From positions 28,396,001 through 28,460,000 of the forward strand of contig NC_042998.1 in NCBI RefSeq assembly GCF_006345805.1: a stretch of 64,000 nucleotides of DNA. The letters run 5' to 3'. The position numbers were made by a program, and so were the translations under genes. The stretch comes from Octopus sinensis (Eukaryota). This document shows positions 25,130 through 37,800 of the stretch, piece after piece. Under the pieces are notes generated by a model, which was given only the letters and a program-made list of their open reading frames with translations, did no database searches and was not told the DNA's origin. Every line of letters begins with the position of its first letter. Within the stretch, counting starts at the first letter, position 1.

Positions 25130-25320
25130 CTCTTTTACTTGCTTCAGTATTTTGACTGTGGCCATGCTGGAACACCGCCTTTAGTCGACAAAATCGACCC
25201 CAGGCCTTATTCTTTGTAAGCATAGTACTTATTCTATCGGTCTCTTTTGCCGAACCCCTAATGTTACGGGGTCGTAAACACACCAGCATCGGTTGTCAAG
25301 CGATGTAGCAGGGAAAAACA

Positions 25321-25366
<46 letters not shown>

Positions 25367-25529
25367 CATATACATATATACAATGGGCTTCTTTCAGTTT
25401 TCGTCTACCAAATCCACGCACAAGGCTTTGGTCGGCCCGAGGCTATAGTAGAAGACACTTGCCCAAGGTACCACGCAGTGGGACTGAACATGGAATCATG
25501 TGGTTGGTAAGCAAGCTACTTACCACAGC
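25130..25529 (-). mobile_element. SINE family A
   Basis: Full-length match. Confidence 0.9.
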
Positions 25530-25655
25530 TGCTATTTCTCGCTGATCGAATGGCCACGTAGGAGATACTCATTTGTTTGAGCATTATTACATTGTTACAT
25601 TACCAATCTTAATTTCGTAAGCTGTTACATAAATGCTAAGATTATTCTGTAAAAT

Positions 25656-25806
25656 AAGGCGGCGAGCTGGCAGAAACGTTAGCACGCCGGGCGAAATGCG
25701 TAGCCGTATTTCGTCTGCCGTTACGTTGTGAGTTCATATTCCGCTGAGGTCGACTTTGCCTTTCATCCTTTCGGGGTCGATAAATTAAGTACCAGTTACG
25801 CACTGG
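25656..25806 (+). mobile_element. SINE family C, 3'-truncated
   Basis: AAGGCGGCGAGCTGGCAGAAACGTTAG head and core. Confidence 0.85.
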
Positions 25807-25917
25807 TACTTAATATAAACTGAAAACTTTGGTTAAGACAAACACTTTTAAATCACTCCACATATTTTCAGTTGAAGAAATTCTTTGGTGAATTTACATT
25901 TGAGATTACCTGATGTC

Positions 25918-26122
25918 AAGGCAGCGAACCGGCAAATTATTATGATGCCGGACAAAATTCTTAGCGGTATTTCGTCCGGTTTTACGTTCTGAGTTCAAAT
26001 TCTGCCAAGATCGACTTCGCAATTCCTCCTTTCGGGGTCGATAAAATAAGTACCAGTTGAATACTGAGGTTGATGTAATCGACTTAATCCCTCCCAAAGA
26101 AATTGCTAGCCTTGTGCCAGAA
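25918..26122 (+). mobile_element. SINE family C
   Basis: GAGTTCAAATTC B-box, core and GCCTTGTGCC tail variant. Confidence 0.8.
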
Positions 26123-27193
26123 GTTCAAATCGGCGTTGCCAGATGTCTTTGACAGGTATTTGAGAAGATTAGTCTCAGAAAGAGCCAGTTTTGAAGCTTT
26201 TGAATTCCTTTTCTTTCTAAAGGCCAGGAAAAATATTTCATTAGCATCATTTTACTTCTTTGTTTTAATTCTATATTGAAGTGTTTGTCGCATGAGTCTT
26301 TCTGCAAATCATACAACAAATCAAGCAAGTTTCGAATAGTGACAGAATTCTTTGTTCACTTATTGTGGGTCTCTGTATAACAGAAATAATGGTATACTTC
26401 ATGCCAAATATATGGAATATAGTGACTCCTCATATATTTTATTCCCAGACAGACCGATTCAATCTGCCTGCTTACAGACCTTATTTCATATTCACAAAAT
26501 ATTATTACATGCATAATGGCCAATGGAATATTTCCTTTTCACTCATTCTGGCGATCAGATTTCTTATTTAAATTCTCGTTGCTACAAATTCATCTTTGAT
26601 GGAGTATTTATTTGATTAGCTGAGCAATATGAAAGATATTAAGTTTGTCTTTCATTTCTTACGTAATCATTTTCAGCCGTATTACGTCGTTACTTGCTGA
26701 TCTTTTAAGCCGTTCACCAGATATACTATATTTTCAACTCTCAATGTCTAGCCACGTACCTTCGTTTCCCTCCCGCACCTCCTTTTTCACTGATTTCTAT
26801 CGCTACACATTACATTCAGGCACTGTCAATTCAATTATTTACTATACTTCGTATTCTTTCCATCCTCTTTCATCTGACAATCTTCTTGCTTTGTCTTGCT
26901 TTATATCATCCGCTTAACACCAGATCATTCTTCTCTATCTCCTATCTCTGATTTACCTTGTAATTTGCTTGATTTCTCTCACAGGTGACCTCCTTTATAT
27001 TCCAAAGGAAAGCATCTGCATCAAACACCATGCATTTTCCATATATTTCCCATATGCTGTGCGTCTTTTCTACTCTGAGTTGAACAATATTTCAAGATGC
27101 TGTGAATCGAGATATCTTTCCTGGGTCAAGAAGATTGAGGAGATAAATTGTCTTTATTGCTGTCAAGTTGCTCTTGTATTTTTACTGAGATGG

Positions 27194-27575
27194 AGGCACA
27201 TGGCCCAGTGGTTAGGACAGTGGACTCGCAGTCTTAGGTTCGCGGTTTCGACTGCTAGATCGGGCGTTGTGAATATTTATTGAGTGAAAACACCTAAAAA
27301 ACTCCACGTAGCTCCGGCTGGGGATGGTGGCGAACCCTGTTGTATTCTTTCACCACAACTTTTTCTCACTCCTTCTTCCTGTTTCTGTTGTACCTGTATT
27401 TCAAAGGGCCAGCATTGTCATACTCTGCGCCACGCTGAATCTCCCCCGAGAACAACGTTAATGGTACACGTGTTTGTGGAATGCTGAGGCACTTGCACGT
27501 TGATTTAATGAAAAGTCTGTTCCGTTGATCAGATCAAATGGAACCCTCCTCGTCGTAGCCGACGGAGTGCCACAA
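27194..27575 (+). mobile_element. SINE family G (tRNA-Arg-like head)
   Basis: TGGCCCAGTGGTTAGG A-box, GGACTCGC (TCG anticodon-like), GGTTTCGA B-box-like; copies at 48852 and 59346. Confidence 0.8.
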
Positions 27576-28133
27576 TTTACTGAGATATTCTGAAAAATCC
27601 TTTGCACTCTATTAATTCTCCATAGACCATTGGTTTTGATACTTTCCGTGAGAGTTATAAAAGTGCAGCTTTTGTGTATATGCCATACAGCATCGCAGTG
27701 TAGAATAAAATTATAAATGTTATACGTGTGTGGATGAAGGTTTATGAATGTGTTCACGTAAGTATAAACACAAAGTGTCCATATCGACCTCGCTTATTGG
27801 CTGGTAAACACCTCTGAGGAAAAGCAATTGTGAGAGACGACCATTTATGCTAGTGAAGCGTGTTAGTTGTGCAGAGCCCATGTAGAACGTTGAGGCCATG
27901 TAAACTTGTCAGCAATGGTCACTGTAAGAATGTTGACGTAGAGTAAATTTTGTGTGCATCCAATGAGAAGAAATGTTTGGAGTGTTCTGAACACTTAGGT
28001 AAATCCCAGTTACACTAACCAATTTGTAGTCTAATTTTTTGCTTATTTTACAAATGTTGTATTAACATCAGCAGCAGCGTTTACTTAATCATCAGGCTCA
28101 GTTGCTTGATATCATCTTAAACAATGCTATTAT

Positions 28134-28472
28134 GGTGGTGACCCCCTTCGGTCAGACGCTGACCATGGGTTTGCACCTAGAGAGTTACCCTCTGAGGCAC
28201 AAGCCTGGGCAAGGTTGTTTTATGGAAGACTAGCAGTTGCCCATGCATACCGGCCTCCCCTCTCCACGTCATCGATGTTGTCCAAGGGAAAGGCAAGGGC
28301 CGATACAGCTTGGCACCTGTGACGTCGCAACTCATTTCTACAGCTGAATGAACTGGAGCAACGTGAAATAAAGTGTCTTGCTCAAGAACACAACGCGCAG
28401 CCCGGTCCGGGATTCGAGCTCACAACCTCACGATCGTAAGCTCGACGCTCTAACCACTGAGCCACGTGCCTT
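28134..28472 (-). mobile_element. SINE family B with 12-bp target-site duplication
   Basis: CAATGCTATTAT at 28122-28133 and 28473-28484; A-box TGGCTCAGTGG; B-box-like GCTCGAATCCC. Confidence 0.9.
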
Positions 28473-28680
28473 CAATGCTATTATAGCGGTTCAAAAAACG
28501 AGGTCGATAAGATATATACTATACTGAAATAAATTGCGAGACACGACTGAGTGACAAATTCCTAGACGACGGTGTCCCAGCTGAGCCGTTGTACAGTGGC
28601 TAAAATCACTTAAAGAAAGAATCACTACTAATACATATTCTTTTATGATGAGAAACTGCTGTTAATATTTAACTGTTCTT

Positions 28681-29787
28681 AAGGCAGCGAGCTGGCAGAA
28701 ACGTTAGCACGCCGGGCGAAATGCTTAGCCGTATTTCGTCTGCCGTTACGTTCTGAGTTCAAATTCCGCCGAGGTCGACTTTGCCTTTCAACCTTTCGGG
28801 GTCGAGTAAATAAGTAGCAGTTACGCACTGGGGTCGATATAATTGACTTAGTCCGTTTGTCTGTCCTTGTTTGTTTGTCCTCTCTGTGTTTGGCCCCTTG
28901 TGGGTAGTAAAGAAATAGGTATTTCGTCTGTCTTTACATTCTGGGTACAAATTTCGCTGAGGTCGACTTTGCCTTAGATCCTTTTGGTCGATAAATTAAG
29001 TACCAGTTACGCACTGGGGTCGATGTAATCGACTTAATACCTTTGTATGTCCTTGTTTGTCCCCTCTGTGTTTAGCCCCTTTATGGGTAGTAAAGAAATA
29101 GGTATTTCGTCTGCCGCTACGTTCTGAGTTCATATTCCGCCGAGGTCGACTTAGCCTTTCATCCTTTCGGGGTCGATTAAATAAGTACCAGTTACGCACT
29201 GGGGTCGATGTAATCGACTTAATCCGTTTGTCTGTCCTTGTTTGTCCCCTCTGTGTGTAGCCCATTGTGTGCAGTAAAGAAATAGGTATTTCGTCTGTCT
29301 TTACATTCTGAGTTCAAATTTCGCCGAGGTCGACTTTGCCTTTCATCCTTTCGGGGTCAACAAATTAAGTACCAGTTGCGTACTGGGGTCGATCTAATGC
29401 TTTGAGGTATTTCGTGTCGATACATTCTGAGATCAAATTTCGCCGAGGTCGACTTTGCCTTTCATCCTTTCGGGGTCAACAAATTAAGTACCAGTTGCGT
29501 ACTGGGGTCGATCTAATGCTTTAAGGTATTTCGTGTCGATACATTCTGAGATCAAATTTCGCCGAGGTTGACTTTGCCTTTGATACTTTCGAGGTCAACA
29601 AATTAAGTACCAGTTGCGTACTGGGGTCGATCTAATCGACTGGTCCCCTTTCTAAATATTTTGGGCCTTTACCTAGAGTAGAAAAGAATATTTAACTGTT
29701 TTTAAGGTGGCGAGGTGGCAGAAACGTTAGCAAGCTGGGCAAAAAGCTAAGCGGTATTTCGTCTGTCTTTACATTCTGAGTTCAAAT
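28681..29787 (+). repeat. SINE C tandem array: one head, six bodies, then a second truncated head
   Basis: Headless units restart at GTATTTCG at about 28919, 29102, 29286, 29407, 29526. Confidence 0.9.
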
Positions 29788-30767
29788 ATGAGTTCAAATA
29801 ATTACTATTATTCCAGCAAAGATTTTATTTCGTGTACTTTTAGGTTTATAACGCTATGGAATCTAATTTTGTGTGCGATATATTTTGTATTGAGATACAG
29901 TGCTATTACAGCTAATTTGAATTCACTTTATTGCTTGATTGATTTGTATTTAATATTTTGATGAATCACCTTAAACCACAACATTTGAACTCAAAAGTAA
30001 GCAAAATATATTTAATATAATTTTTGTGTCTGTATTTAACCAATTTCATATTGGTTTTCTTTTTTATTTTTTTTCCCTGGAATAGTTTCCGATTCAGAAG
30101 ACATGTCTATCTCAAATGTTATTTTGATTTTATTTCACAATAAGTTTTACAGAGCTATATTCACATTCCACCAACATTAATCTAGCTTTCAAAATAAGTT
30201 ACATTAAACCTATCATTTATGAGCTCTCTGTTAAGCAAGTGAGGTATTTTGAAGAACACAAATTTGCTGAATATATTTATTTTCTGGTGCAGTAATAAAA
30301 ATGTGTCTGGATAAGCAATAGAGGCGATTGTGGCATATATTTGTATATATGAAGACTATCAAATCGACATAAGAATGATAAATGTTATAATTTTAAATCG
30401 GTTTAGCATATGATTTATATATTCTTCTTGGCAGTTAAACATTATAATCTAAAATGTAATAATTCCGAGGGATATTGGTTTTACCCATTCCTCTTCACCA
30501 GCTTCGGTGTTTATAGTGAGAAAATAATTTTCTGTGGCTGAAGAAATTTAATGTTTCAGATGGATGTTCCTCAATGTAAATACTAAAATTGGAAAACGAA
30601 TAACAAAGACATACGGTTGCAAGAAATATTTTCTTCTATTGCGTAGGAAGCACCGTATGATATAATCAAGTCACATCAAATGGTAACTTACAGAGCAACA
30701 AAGAATTTGGATATATTGATATTACTCAGAGTGGCATTTATTGATGTTTCAATATATATTTCTTTAC

Positions 30768-31405
30768 TACCCACAGAGAGGACAAACAAGGACAGGCAAA
30801 CGGATTAAGTCGATTATATCGACCCCGGTGCGTAACTGGTACTTATTTAATCGACCCCGAAAGGATGAAAGGCAAAGTCGACCTCGGCGGAATTTGAACT
30901 CAGAACATAAAGACAGGCGAAATACGTATTTCTTTACTACCCACAAGGGGCTACACACAGAGGGGACACACAAGGACAGAGATAGGTATTAAGTCGATTA
31001 TATCGACCTCAGTGCGTAACTGGTACTTAATTTATCGACCCCGAAAGGATGAAAGGCAAAGTCGACCTCGGCGGAATTTGAACTCACAACGTAACGACAG
31101 GCGAAATATCGCAAGGCATTTCGCTCGGTGCGCTAACGTTTCTGCCAGCTCGCCGCCTTAAAATATATATATATTTCTTTAATACCCACAAGGGGCTAAA
31201 CACAGAGGGGACAAACAAGGGCAGACAAAGGGATTAAGTCGATTACATCGACCTCAGTGCGTAACTGGTACTTAATTAATCGACGCCGAAGGGATGAAAG
31301 GCAAAGTCGATCTCGGCAGAATTTGAACTCAGAACGTAGCGGCAGACGAAATACCGCTTAGCATTTCGCCCGGCGTGCTAACCATTCTGCCAGCTCGCTG
31401 CCCTT
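30768..31405 (-). repeat. SINE C cluster: two headed copies plus one headless tandem body
   Basis: Tail-to-GTATTTCG junction at 30925/30926. Confidence 0.9.
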
Positions 31406-32247
31406 ATTGATGTTTCAATATTATGTCCATGAAAAAATTAAACAGGAAGTTATGCAAAAGCATTCTGCTCCTAATTTTATTTATTTTGTTTATGTGGGAA
31501 GGAAGATGGCGGCCGAGGTTATCCTTTGTATAAAGTAAATACTGAAAGTTGGTCAAGAATGTGACAATTGTTAGGGCAATACAAATGTTTGATAATGTAT
31601 GGAAATGATCATTTGCGTAACACTCACTGAATATAATTAGTACTAAACTATGAAATAAAATCGTATATAATATTATCAATATTATAACTTTTTATCGAAC
31701 TTCATATGTTTTACAAGTAATATAAAATGAGGCAAAAAGCTACTAACGTAACTTCTCAGGTCGATCGTTAAGTATTATTGCACAGATAGAAATTTCTAAG
31801 GATTCATAACAGCCAAAATGTTAATATAATTTATACTTTCTTGATGATCATTAATATGTCGTGTGCCATCCTGGGTGATAGCCTTCATACGTCCCATTGC
31901 CATAAACCTTATAGAATTTCATTAATATTTAACGTTGACATAAAACCTTTACGCGATCAATAAATTTAGGCTTTTCTATAAACCATTCAAACTATTGTTT
32001 ATGCATCGTATCACTTTGGCAACTCTGAATGAAAATTAAAGTATCTTAACGCAATTAAGTCTACGTGACACATTAATAAATTTCACCGGCTTATGTCAAA
32101 AGAGCATTCTTCATATATTTCGTTTTATATATAGTTAAACACTCGAAAACCAAATATTTATATCATTACGATAAGCTCTGTTTCCCTGATTTCTACCTGA
32201 GAGTCATTTTCTATTTCAATATTAGTTTAGAATTTACCCACATAATA

Positions 32248-32470
32248 CCTATTTCTTTACTACCCACAAGGGGCTAAACACAGAGACGACAAACAAGGAC
32301 AGACAAACGGATTAAATCGATTATATCGACCCCAGTGCGTAACTGGTACTTATTTAATCGACCACGAAAGGATGAAAGGCAAAATCGACCTCGGCGGAAT
32401 TTGAACTCAGAAAGTAACGGCAGACGAAAAACCGCTAAGCATTTCGCCCGGCGTGCTAACGTTTCTGCCA
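32248..32470 (-). mobile_element. SINE family C
   Basis: Near full-length match. Confidence 0.9.
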
Positions 32471-33006
32471 TCAATTAGCGATGAAGAATCATTAAAAGTA
32501 AATTTCAGATGGAGATATAATAACTCTCACTACTGAATTTTCTCAAAAGTTATAATAGAACCAGATTAATAAGATGAATATAAAGCTCAGTTTGTGATTA
32601 GAATTGAGGATTAACACAATGGCATGGAGACAAGGTTACAGTCTCTTTACTTTCTGACGATAACTTTGATGTAAGAGAAGTAAACAGCCATTTGTGTAAG
32701 TTTATGATATCCTTTCTATTGACAGACTTTTTGTGGAAACGTTGGATATTCATGTGTAACTTGGTGTAGAATGAATATCATTTAGGATAAGTCGTTCGGA
32801 AAAGCATCAGTTCCTTAGATATACTATTCATGTTTACCGCCTTATGCATGTATGTATGAGCACACACAGAGACAGACACACACATATATACATATACATG
32901 CGTACATTCATAGATATATATATGTTGATTGCATTGGTCAATTAAATGGAGCCGCTTGAAACGGTCGTAGGGCATCACATCTTGATATTTTGTTGCTTAT
33001 TTTGAT

Positions 33007-33067
<61 letters not shown>

Positions 33068-33348
33068 CGATTGGATATCGGAAAATATCTGTTGCCAATT
33101 CCACTTGCATGGCAATGGTCAATGTGAAATGTTGGTAAACGGTAAGGTTTCCTGTAGAATCAAAACTTCATTGCAGTTAATAAACGATGAACTGGGTTTT
33201 CTTATGTGAGATATGTATTTTGTAATAGCGAATTTAAACGTTAATAAAATATATTACACACTAATGTCAACCAACCCTGTAATTTCTTAAATCAGAACAA
33301 TTGTAGGATTGGCGTGATTGTCTTTTTATCAAACATTTCTATCTTAAC

Positions 33349-33490
33349 ATTATTTATATTATTTACATTTGATGGATATTTGTCCTCATCTTGTTTGTAA
33401 ACACAACGTTTCGGCTGATATACCCTCCAGCCTTGATCAGATGCTTTGCGGGAATTTTGGACCTGGGTTTTCATTCCTAAGGTATTTTTT
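33349..33490 (-). mobile_element. Family E copy 3 (hammerhead core mutated to CTGATCA, 33400-33445)
   Basis: Stem II, GAAACGTT and the 3' strand of stem I are retained. Confidence 0.75.
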
Positions 33491-33613
33491 CTTCTTCTTC
33501 TTCTTCTTCTTCTTCTCTTCTTCTTCTTCTTCTTCTTCTTCTTCTTCTTCTTCTTCTCCTCCTCCTTCTTCTTCTCCTCCTCCTCCTCCTCCTCCTCCTC
33601 TCTTCTTCTTCTT

Positions 33614-33644
<31 letters not shown>

Positions 33645-33667
33645 TTATTATTATTATTATTATTATT

Positions 33668-35595
33668 CAGTAGTTTTATTTTTATAGCGTGCTTTCACTT
33701 CACTACCGAGCGCAGCTCTGTGTGCCTTGGGTATGTGCTGTGATTTGTTGTGATGCGCTGATGGTTATTGTATGGAAAGTGTTCTGCGTAGGATGTGTGC
33801 AGTGCCTAGTAGTGCAATTTTCTGTATGTTATATGTGTTTGTAAGTCCTGGTGTTTTTGTTATGTATTTGTCTGAATATTTTTATATCATGCCTAATGCA
33901 CCTACTATGATAGGAATTGTTTCTGTTTTCAGATTCCACATTCTAGTTACCTCTATTTCCAGGTCTTTGTATTTTGAGAGTTTCTCCATTTCTTTTAGAG
34001 ACACGTTGTCATCTGCCGGTATTGATACATCAATTAGAAAGCATTTTTTTTCTTCATGATCTCTGACAACTATATCTGGTCTGTTGGCCTTAATTTCTCT
34101 ATCTGTGTGTATCGGCATATCCCAGAGTATGGTTGCTTTCTCGTTTTCTGTGACCTTTTCTGGTGTGTGCCTATACCATCTTTTTTCTGTTGTTATTCCA
34201 TAATGTTGGCATAGCTTCCAATGTATGTAGGTTCCAACTCTGTCATGTCTGTGAATATATTCCTTCTTAGCCAGGACTGGGCAGCTAGAGATGATATGAT
34301 TTATTGTTTCTTGTCCATCTCCACATATTCTGCAGTTACTTGTAATATTTCTTTTCATTACATGTTTTTGGTAATTTCTGGTGGGGAGGCTTTGGTCTTG
34401 TGCTGCAATTAAAAATCCCTCTGTTTCTGCTTTGAGTCCTGAGCTTCTCAACCATTGCTGGGATTTTTCTTTGTCTATTTCTTTTGCGTTTAGTTTAGTC
34501 CAGTATTTACCATGAAGGGGCTTTTCTTGCCATCGTTTTATCATGGTTCGTTGCTGTTCTATTTTTAGTTTGGATTTCATTTGTTTTATAGCTTTTGTTG
34601 TTTCTTCTTCTTCTTCTTCTTCATGTTTATTAGGTGGTATGATTTCTTGTTTGTATTTGTCAGCTTCCTTAAATACTGAGTACAGTTTTTTGTTTTCCTC
34701 GTGTTTTGCCGCTATCTGGATCAGTTTTCCTTCCTTCTGAAGTAGATATTTTTGCAGTCCTATGGTGGTTATTTTATAGTAGTTTTCCAGCTGTATAAGG
34801 CCTCTACCACCTTCTATACGTTGTATATATAGTCTTTCTATGTCAGATTTTGGGTGATGCATCCTAGATCCTGTCATTATTTTTCTTGTTTTCCTATCTA
34901 TTTTAGTCAGTTCATTTCGTGTCCAGTTAAGGATATTGTAGCTGTAACTTATAACTGGGACAGCTAAAGTGTTGATACCTATTATCTTGTTTTTAGCATT
35001 GAGCTCTGTGTTTAATATTGATCTAACTCGTCTATAATATTCTTTTTTTATTTTCTCTTTCATTTGTGTGTGTTGTGTCTTATCTAGTTCATGGATTCCT
35101 AAGTATTTGTAAGTTTAGCTTTGGTCTAATTCTTTTATTTCATTGGTTTTATCTAGTGTGATGTTGTTACTCTTAACTAGTTTTCCTCTTTTCATGGTTA
35201 CTTTGGCGCATTTTTCTAATCCAAATTTCATATCTATTTCTTTGGTAAATCCATGAACTGTCTTTAATAGTGTTTCCAGCTGTTTGTCATTTGCAGCGTA
35301 TAGTTTTAGGTCATCCATATATAAAAGGTGGCTGATCGTTTTGCCGTAACATTTATATCCGCATCCAGTTCTATTTAGTATATCAGATAGAGGTGACAGT
35401 GCCGAGCAGAAAAGGAGTGGAGTGAGCGTGTCTCCCTGGAATATTCCTCTTCTAATGGGGATGTCTTTGGTTTTCATGAGTTCCTCTTTTGTTTGGAGGT
35501 GTAGGACTGTTTGCCATTTATTCATAGAGTGCTCTATGAATTTTATAATTGTTGGTGCTACTTTGTTAATGGCTAGTGTTTCGAGGATCCATGTG
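33668..35595 (-). mobile_element. 5'-truncated R4/Dong-like LINE (RT + CCHC + RLE) with two in-frame nonsense codons
   Basis: KAFDSIPH, GIFQGDTL, HLLYMDDLKLYA, CRICGDGQETINHIISSC, RHD, NRPDIVV, EKLSKYKDL; stops at 35115-35117 and 33882-33884 interrupt one frame that ends LLGTAHILRRTLSIQ* at 33765; (TAA)n on both sides. Confidence 0.9.
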
Positions 35596-35748
35596 TGGGG
35601 GATGCTATCAAACGCCTTGGGGGATGCTATCAAACGCCTTGGGGGATGCTATCAAACGCCTTGGGGGATGCTATTAAACGCCTTGGGGGATGCTATCAAA
35701 CGCCTTGGGGGATGCTATCAAACGCCTTGGGGGATGCTTTCAAACGCC

Positions 35749-35750
<2 letters not shown>
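35596..35750. repeat. 22-bp tandem repeat, 7 copies, encoding the RT motif KAFDSIP
   Basis: TGGGGGATGCTATCAAACGCCT; GATGC recurs at 35601, 35623, 35645, 35667, 35689, 35711, 35733. Confidence 0.95.
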
Positions 35751-35798
<48 letters not shown>

Positions 35799-35863
35799 CA
35801 TTATTATTATTATTATCATCATTATTATTATTATTATTATCATCATCATCATCATCATCATCA

Positions 35864-35894
<31 letters not shown>

Positions 35895-35898
<4 letters not shown>

Positions 35899-36022
35899 TA
35901 CATTATTTACCTTCGACGGATATTTATCCTCATCTTGTTTGTTGTTAACACAACGTTTCGGCTGATATACTCTCCAGCCTTATTCAGGTGTCTTGGGGAA
36001 ATTTCGAACCTGGGTTCTCATT
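35895..36022 (-). mobile_element. Family E copy 4 (hammerhead core mutated to CTGAATA, 35947-35992)
   Basis: Stems I-III intact, core altered. Confidence 0.75.
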
Positions 36023-36111
36023 TACCCACATAATATCATAAATCAATTAGCTAATGTAAATAAAGTAAATAATTCTTCGTCTCTTAAATATAGAACTGTA
36101 TTATTATTATT

Positions 36112-36149
<38 letters not shown>

Positions 36150-36173
36150 TATTATTATTATTTATTATTATTA

Positions 36174-36203
<30 letters not shown>

Positions 36204-36204
<1 letters not shown>

Positions 36205-36278
36205 CCGGGTCATTGCTTAGAATCGAACTCGGAGTTTTGGGGTTAGTAGCCTGCGCACTTAACCACTATGTCATATGT
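36204..36278 (-). mobile_element. Family I tRNA-like SINE with (TAA)n tail
   Basis: Minus strand CATATGACATAGTGGTTAAGTGCGCAGGCTACTAACCCC...GAGTTCGATTC...; homologous to 13206-13283. Confidence 0.7.
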
Positions 36279-36480
36279 AAATAATGTGAATAATGTAAAT
36301 AATGTACATAATTCCTCATCTCTTAAATATGGAACTATATTTCTCTCTTATTAATTGTATAACTTTCTTATATTATAGCTTATTGTTAATATCCCCGTTC
36401 ATGTGTCCTTACTTTGAGAAGTGAGACAGAAGCGTTTCGTCATGATATCATAATGGTACATTACAATATCATTATGGTAC

Positions 36481-36820
36481 AAGGCGGCGAGCTAGCAGAA
36501 ACGTTAGCACGACGTCTATCTTTATGTTCTGAGTTCAAATTCCACCGATGTCGAATTTGCCTTTCATCCTTTCGGATTCGATAAATTGAGTACCAGCTGC
36601 GTAGCTGGAGTTGATCTAATCGACTGGCCCCCTCTCCACAGAAGTTTCGGGCTTTGTGCCTAGAGTTGGGGAAAAAGAAAGAACATTTCACCCGTCGCTA
36701 CTTACTGAGTTCAAATTTCGTCGCGATCGATAAATTAAGTGCCAGTTGCGTACTGGGGTTGATCTAATCGACTGGCCCCCTCCCCCAAAATTTCTTGCCT
36801 TGTGCTTAGAGTAAAAAAGA
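36481..36820 (+). mobile_element. SINE family C, one headed and one headless copy
   Basis: Core repeated at about 36530 and 36710. Confidence 0.8.
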
Positions 36821-37608
36821 TTATTATATAGGCACATACAAACAGTACTTGCTTTTTCACAGGTGAGTTTTGGTACATATATAACAGCTGTGTGTGTGTT
36901 TTGAAGGTCTCAGACTCATGTCACGTGCAATAATCGTGAAAGCGTTTCTAGAGCTGAGCTGAACTGGTGGTATTTAGTGTGCAAGCAAATCATTCAACTA
37001 GGAACGACGAATATACACCATACCGCTTTAAATTTCACTTATACCAACAGTGGTTGCTCGTTTCAGTCAAAAACTGACCGAAGAAACAGAATGATTCATT
37101 GAAAAAGCAAATTCTCTCCATATTTACATACATAGCACATCTCTACAACAACTGTTTTTTGTTTTTATTATCAACAAGAAAGAATAAAAAAAGCTTCCAA
37201 AAAGAAAATTTACTCGTAAAGAAGTTTAAATAATCCCAGCAGCTGAAGAAAACACGTCACTTTTCAAATTGATATCCACACTAAACTGATTTTTAAAAAT
37301 AAATATAGCAACTAACAACTAATGGCAAATGGCTTTAAATTACAACTTGTATTACAAGAATTGAATTTAAAGAAGACATTTTTCTTTTCCAAACCGTCAA
37401 GTGACAGAAATTTATTCCAAATTATATAATGATATTCAAATTGCCCGCAGGTTTAAATAAGTCGAGAAATATCAGATTTCTGCTGACCTAACGATCTTTC
37501 TCTCACTCGTCTTTCACGCTGAATTATAAAGAAAAAAGGTAAAAAAAATACTGGGTAAACACCAATTTATTAATAAGGAACGTACAGTAACTGATATCGT
37601 TGCATTCA

Positions 37609-37740
37609 TTAACAATAACAAAAACAACAGCAACAACAACAACAACAACAACAGCGACAGCAACAACAACAACAACAACAACAACTACTACTACTATTAC
37701 TACCACCACTATCACCACCACCACCACCACCACCACCACC

Positions 37741-37777
<37 letters not shown>

Positions 37778-37800
37778 TTGCTACTACTACTGCTGCTGCT
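37609..37800. repeat. Compound trinucleotide microsatellite (AAC)(TAC)(ACC)(GCT)
   Basis: Directly visible. Confidence 0.95.
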
